Assembly: GCF_000441555.1 (NCBI RefSeq)
Contig: NC_021885.1
Span: 330,001-362,000 of the forward strand
Direction: 5' to 3'
Length of the DNA stretch: 32,000 nt
Origin: Candidatus Profftella armatura
Lineage (GTDB): Bacteria > Pseudomonadota > Gammaproteobacteria > Burkholderiales > Burkholderiaceae
The translations under genes and the position numbers were made by a program. The notes under the pieces were generated by a model. It made no database searches. It saw only the letters and a program-made list of their open reading frames with translations, and was not told where the DNA came from. Each line of letters starts with the position of its first letter. Within the stretch, counting starts at the first letter, position 1. Below, one piece after another: positions 27,623-32,000 of the stretch.

Positions 27623-28591
27623 TTATTTTTTTAATAAATTTTCTAAAAATTTTTTACACTCTAATGGTAATGATGATTTTAATTTTGTTATTTTTCTGTC
27701 TTTTGGATGAAAAAAGGTAATTTGAGAAGCGTGTAGAAACATTCTATTAAAAGAATTTTTTGATTTTTTTAAAGCTTTATTTAAAAAAAAATTACCATAT
27801 TTATTATCTCCAACAACAGAAAAACCAATTTTTGATAAATGAACACGTATTTGATGAGTGCGCCCAGTTTTTAATTCTGCTTCTAATAATGTATATTTTT
27901 TTCCATAATTACATTTTAAAGAAAAAATTGTATGAGATGCTTTTCCTCCATTTTCTATAACTGTTACTCGTCTATTTCCATCTTTAGAAATATATTTATG
28001 AAGCGAATATTTAATATGTTGACGTTTATTAATCCAATTTCCATTTACTAATACTAAATAGCGCTTATCAATATAACCAGATCGCATTTGTTCATGAAGA
28101 TTAATTAAAGCGATTCGTTTTTTAGCTAATAATAATATACCAGAAGTATCACGATCTAAACGATGTACTAATTCTAAAAATTTTAATTTTGGCCTTAATA
28201 TTCTTAGTTGTTCTATAATACCACAACTAATACCAGATCCTCCGTGAACAGCAATACCAGATGGTTTTTCAATAATAAGTAAATAATTATCCTCTAATAA
28301 TATTTTAAATTTTATATTAACAATTTTACTTACTATTTTTTTTTCAATTTTTATTGGATGTAATATTTCTATAATATCATTTTTTTTTAAACGATAAGTT
28401 TGATTAATACGGTTTTTATTAATACATACCTCTCCAGATCGTAAAATTTTATAAATATGTCCTCTAGGTACCTTATAACAAACACGTAATAAAAAATTAT
28501 CAATTCTTTGACCAATATTTTCCTCAAGAATGATAAATTTTTGTATTGATATTGATGATGTAATATTATTATTTAATCCAAGAATATTCAT
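27623..28591 (-). CDS. rluC: 23S rRNA pseudouridine synthase RluC (RluA family)
   Basis: 322 aa. S4-like N-terminus, HRLDRDTSGILLLAKK and GRTHQIRVHL. Confidence 0.88.
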   Translation of the reverse strand: MNILGLNNNITSSISIQKFIILEENIGQRIDNFLLRVCYKVPRGHIYKILRSGEVCINKNRINQTYRLKKNDIIEILHPIKIEKKIVSKIVNIKFKILLEDNYLLIIEKPSGIAVHGGSGISCGIIEQLRILRPKLKFLELVHRLDRDTSGILLLAKKRIALINLHEQMRSGYIDKRYLVLVNGNWINKRQHIKYSLHKYISKDGNRRVTVIENGGKASHTIFSLKCNYGKKYTLLEAELKTGRTHQIRVHLSKIGFSVVGDNKYGNFFLNKALKKSKNSFNRMFLHASQITFFHPKDRKITKLKSSLPLECKKFLENLLKK

Positions 28592-29134
28592 TTAAATTTT
28601 AAAATTTTTAGAATTAGATACAATTAATTAATTTTTAATATATATAAATATATAATAATAAATTAAAATTTAATTTAAATTTTTTATTATTTAAAAAATT
28701 AAACAATTTATTTACTATAATTTTTTTTAATTAAATATAAGATTTTTAAAAAATAGAAAAATTATAAATATAGTATAAAATGTAATTTTTAATATAAAAT
28801 ATTTTAGTATAAAATTTTATTTTTTTACAAAATATGCGTTAAAAATGAATTAAATTATTTTAAATAAATTAATTAAATTTTATTTTAAGAATATAAAAAT
28901 TACTAAAACCTACCAAGTGTATTCTAATAAATTTGATTTGAATATATAAAAAATAATTATATAAAATATTGCGTAAATTATAACTCAACTTTTAGTCATA
29001 TTTATATTTTTAAAGTGTAAATCAACCTATCTCAAAATATTTAAATAAAATTAAAAATATTATTTAATAAATATGTAAACTAAATATTTACCATAGAATA
29101 TGGAGATAAAATTATGAACCAATAAATTTTATAG

Positions 29135-29208
29135 TGCGGCTGGCAGGAATCGAACCCACGACCTCTTGGTTCGTAGCCAAGTACTCTATCCAACTGAGCT
29201 ACAGCCGC
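29135..29208 (-). tRNA. tRNA-Arg (anticodon ACG)
   Basis: The minus strand reads gcggctg-ta-gctcagttggatagagt-a-cttgg-ctACGaa-ccaag-aggtc-gtggg-ttcgatt-cctgc-cagccgc-a. Confidence 0.88.
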
Positions 29209-29351
29209 ATGATCGTCTTTAATTTTTTTATTTTAGCACATTAAAAATAAATTAAAAATTATTTAATTTACTTAATAAAAATAAAAATTAAATTTTTATT
29301 TTTTATAAAATAAACTAAAAATTATTTATTAATATAACTTTTATTATTAAT

Positions 29352-29918
29352 ATGACAATTAAATCAGATAATTGGATTCATAATATGGCTAAGTATCATG
29401 GGATGATAGAGCCTTTTGTTCCTCATCAAGTAAGAGAGATTAATTCTCGTAAAATTGTTTCTTACGGAATTTCTTCATATGGGTATGATATTCGTTGCGC
29501 AAATGAATTTAAAATTTTTACAAATATTAACTCAACAATTATTGATCCAAAAAATTTTGATAATAAATTATTTGTAGATTTTGTTGGTGATGTATGTATT
29601 ATTCCTCCAAATTCTTTTGTTTTAGCTCGTACTATAGAATACTTTCGTATTCCACGTAAAATATTAACTATGTGTATAGGAAAATCAACATATGCCCGCT
29701 GTGGAATTATTGTAAATGTAACACCATTTGAGCCAGAATGGGAAGGTTATGTAACATTAGAGTTTTCTAACACAACACCTTTACCCGCTAAAATTTATTC
29801 TGAAGAAGGTTGTGCGCAAGTATTATTTTTTGAAAGTGACGAAACATGTAAAACTTCTTATAAAGATAGAAACGGTAAATATCAAGGTCAAACTGGAATA
29901 AATTTACCAAAAATTTAA
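29352..29918 (+). CDS. dcd: dCTP deaminase
   Basis: 188 aa. [40 protein letters not shown] and [10 protein letters not shown]. Confidence 0.95.
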   Translation: MTIKSDNWIHNMAKYHGMIEPFVPHQVREINSRKIVSYGISSYGYDIRCANEFKIFTNINSTIIDPKNFDNKLFVDFVGDVCIIPPNSFVLARTIEYFRIPRKILTMCIGKSTYARCGIIVNVTPFEPEWEGYVTLEFSNTTPLPAKIYSEEGCAQVLFFESDETCKTSYKDRNGKYQGQTGINLPKI

Positions 29919-29997
29919 TTTTTAAAAAATTTAAAAAATTTATTTAAATTATATTTTGATAAATATTTTTTTAAATTCAATTCAATTTAATAAATAG

Positions 29998-30106
29998 GGC
30001 ATTTTCTACTAAATTTAGTTTATTTATAAATTAATTTATATTTGTATATGAATATTTTTAATAAATAAAATTTTTATATAATTTTTTATATAATATATAT
30101 TTTTAG
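29998..30106. repeat. long-range imperfect inverted repeat (16/15-nt arms about 78 nt apart) in the convergent dcd/rpsI spacer
   Basis: Left arm ggcattttctactaaa (29998-30013). Right arm tttagtagaaatgcc (30092-30106) is its reverse complement except for one extra t in the left arm. Confidence 0.6.
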
Positions 30107-30168
30107 TAGAAATGCCATAATTTTTACAAAATTAAATATAATTGATATAAAAATTTTTTTTATTCAAT

Positions 30169-30573
30169 TTATCGTTTCGAAAATTGTCTTGCTCTACGAG
30201 CTTTTCTTAATCCAACTTTTTTTCTTTCTACCTCACGAGAATCTCTGATAACAAAACCAGCTTTCGATAAAGATGATTTTAAATTTAAATCATAATTGAT
30301 TAATGCCCTTGTAATACCATGTCTTACTGCTCCATATTGTCCAGATTCCCCTCCTCCTCGAACATTTATTTTAATATCAAAAGTTTTGGTATGTTTTGTT
30401 AATTTTAATGGTTGAGAAATTACCATTAAACCAGTTTTTCTTGAAAAATATTTATCTGCCGGAATTCTATTTATAGTCATTTTACCTGATCCAATTTTTA
30501 TAAAAACACGAGCTATAGCGCTTTTACGACGACCTGTTCCATATTTATAATAACCACTATTAATTATATTCAT
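30169..30573 (-). CDS. rpsI: 30S ribosomal protein S9
   Basis: 134 aa. [19 protein letters not shown] and the C-terminal [12 protein letters not shown]. Confidence 0.96.
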   Translation of the reverse strand: MNIINSGYYKYGTGRRKSAIARVFIKIGSGKMTINRIPADKYFSRKTGLMVISQPLKLTKHTKTFDIKINVRGGGESGQYGAVRHGITRALINYDLNLKSSLSKAGFVIRDSREVERKKVGLRKARRARQFSKR

Positions 30574-30576
30574 TTT

Positions 30577-31008
30577 TTAAAAATCCAATAATTTAGGTTT
30601 TTGAGCGAAATGAGGGTGATTAGAATCACTATATATTTTAAGTTTTTTAAACATGGAATAACCCAATGGACCTTTTGGTAACATACCTTTAACTGCTTTT
30701 TGGAGTACACGACCAGGAAAATCTTCTTGCATTTTTAAAAAATTAATTTTACGAATCCCTCCAGGATACCCTGTATGATGATAATATATTTTTTTAATTT
30801 CTTTTTTTCCTGTTACACATAATTTGCTTGTATTTATAACTATTATAAAATCACCTGTATCAATATGAGGCGTATATTCTGTTTTATGTTTCCCTCTTAA
30901 ATAAACTGCTATTTTGCTAGCAACACGTCCTAAGATTTTATTTTTAGCATCTATTAAAAACCACATTCTATTAATTTTATAGTTTTTTGCAGAGAAAGTT
31001 TTTTGCAT
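30577..31008 (-). CDS. rplM: 50S ribosomal protein L13
   Basis: 143 aa. [16 protein letters not shown] and HHTGYPGG. The rplM-rpsI operon order is conserved. Confidence 0.96.
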   Translation of the reverse strand: MQKTFSAKNYKINRMWFLIDAKNKILGRVASKIAVYLRGKHKTEYTPHIDTGDFIIVINTSKLCVTGKKEIKKIYYHHTGYPGGIRKINFLKMQEDFPGRVLQKAVKGMLPKGPLGYSMFKKLKIYSDSNHPHFAQKPKLLDF

Positions 31009-31651
31009 TATTATTATAAATAAGTATAAATTTTTTATTATTAAAAAAAAGTTTTTTAAAAAAATTTTGTATTAATATTAATAAAACTTACCGTTAAAGT
31101 ATATTAATATTATAAAAGATTTTTCTAAAAATAGAATAAAATATTTAATTTAACCATAAAGAAAATTCTATAGAATTAGAATACATATATAAGTATAATC
31201 TTGTATGTTTTTAATAAACACAAATTATAGTCATCTAATAATAAAATAAATAATTACCAATAAAAAAATAGACAGAAAATAGTAAGACAAATAAAAAATT
31301 ATAATTTCTAATATCCTAGAGGTGAGAAATTTAATTATTTGAAAAATTTTCAATATATCTCTAAAAACGAATTAAAAACTATTTTTTAAAAAAACAAAAA
31401 ATAAAAAATAATGAAAAATATTTATAAAAATTTAATTTGAATTTTATCGCTAAGTATACATTAAAATATAATTTATTATAAAATACTATTAAATTATCAT
31501 TCGAAAAAATTTTTTATTATATTTTATCTTTTAAAATAGAAAAAAATAAAAATTATTGATAATTTTATATTCTAGATAATGATTCTATAATCTAAGATAA
31601 TTATAAACCTAAATTAAATAAAATTTTATAATCATATTAATACAAAAAATT

Positions 31652-32000
31652 GTGAATAAAAAAATAAAAAATTCTTCTGTTTCATTAGAAAGTAATAATT
31701 TTATAAAAAATATTATTAAAAAAGATATTATTAAAAAAACTTTTAATAATAGATATGATAAATATGGCAATAAATTACCACAAGTAATAACACGTTTTGC
31801 ACCAGAACCAAATGGGTATTTACATATTGGACACGCTAAATCAATTTTTATTAATTTTGAACTTGCTTATAAATATAATGGTTTATGTAATTTACGATTT
31901 GATGATACAAATCCATTAAAAGAAAATAAAGAATATGTTAATTCTATCATTAAAACAATTAAATGGTTAAATTTTAATTGGGACAAAGTAAAAAAACGAA
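31652..32000 (+). CDS. glnS: glutamine--tRNA ligase, N-terminal part (runs off the window end)
   Basis: This ORF is not in the supplied track because it has no stop in the window. From GTG 31652 it reads VNKKIKNSS...[11 protein letters not shown]...[46 protein letters not shown], matching GlnRS (HIGH motif, [10 protein letters not shown]). The frame is closed by TAA at 31619-31621, and GTG is the only canonical start after it. Confidence 0.88.
   Translation, partial: MNKKIKNSSVSLESNNFIKNIIKKDIIKKTFNNRYDKYGNKLPQVITRFAPEPNGYLHIGHAKSIFINFELAYKYNGLCNLRFDDTNPLKENKEYVNSIIKTIKWLNFNWDKVKKR

Noticed and set aside
27760-27960. 66-aa ORF antisense to rluC.
   Set aside because: Shadow ORF inside rluC.

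Overview
This is a very AT-rich, gene-dense housekeeping window that looks like the reduced genome of an obligate intracellular proteobacterial symbiont. Gene order and protein sequences suggest a betaproteobacterial or Burkholderiales-like ancestry, but that is an inference and no database search was possible. I can support 26 protein-coding genes, 24 complete and 2 cut by the window edges. They are gyrA (3' part), cmk, rpsA, ETF-ubiquinone oxidoreductase, ribD, bioA, bioB, dnaQ, gdhA, rluD, smpB, an RnfH/RatB-family gene, maeB, cysS, accA, tilS, yggX, rlmB, etfB, etfA, sppA, rluC, dcd, rpsI, rplM and glnS (5' part). There are 8 tRNA genes: Arg-CCG, Ser-UGA, Leu-UAA, Ala-UGC, Ile-GAU, Leu-CAG, Pro-UGG and Arg-ACG. 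The standard genetic code applies: accA ends at TGA at the expected length, and Trp is TGG. I found no transposase, integrase, phage gene, CRISPR array, restriction-modification, toxin-antitoxin, secretion or secondary-metabolite gene. I do not see a novel multi-gene system here and will not invent one. What deserves a second look is ongoing genome erosion and small-scale structure. (1) rpiA is a clearly recognisable but multiply frameshifted pseudogene; three of its lesions are 1-nt losses in long poly(A) tracts, and the catalytic Glu appears replaced by Lys. (2) A second, much more decayed remnant resembling a methyltransferase lies in a 1-kb spacer next to etfBA. (3) A tRNA-Ile(GAU)/tRNA-Ala(UGC) pair, normally found in the rRNA spacer, sits alone between gdhA and dnaQ. 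(4) There is a perfect 93-bp tandem duplication downstream of etfA. (5) A perfect 19-bp tandem duplication copies the yggX start codon. (6) The complete ETF/ETF-QO electron-transfer module is retained with no visible donor dehydrogenase. (7) There are several unusually long (0.45-1 kb) featureless AT spacers and a few isolated palindromes. All homology calls come from reading the translations against remembered family motifs and need confirmation by BLAST or HMM searches.
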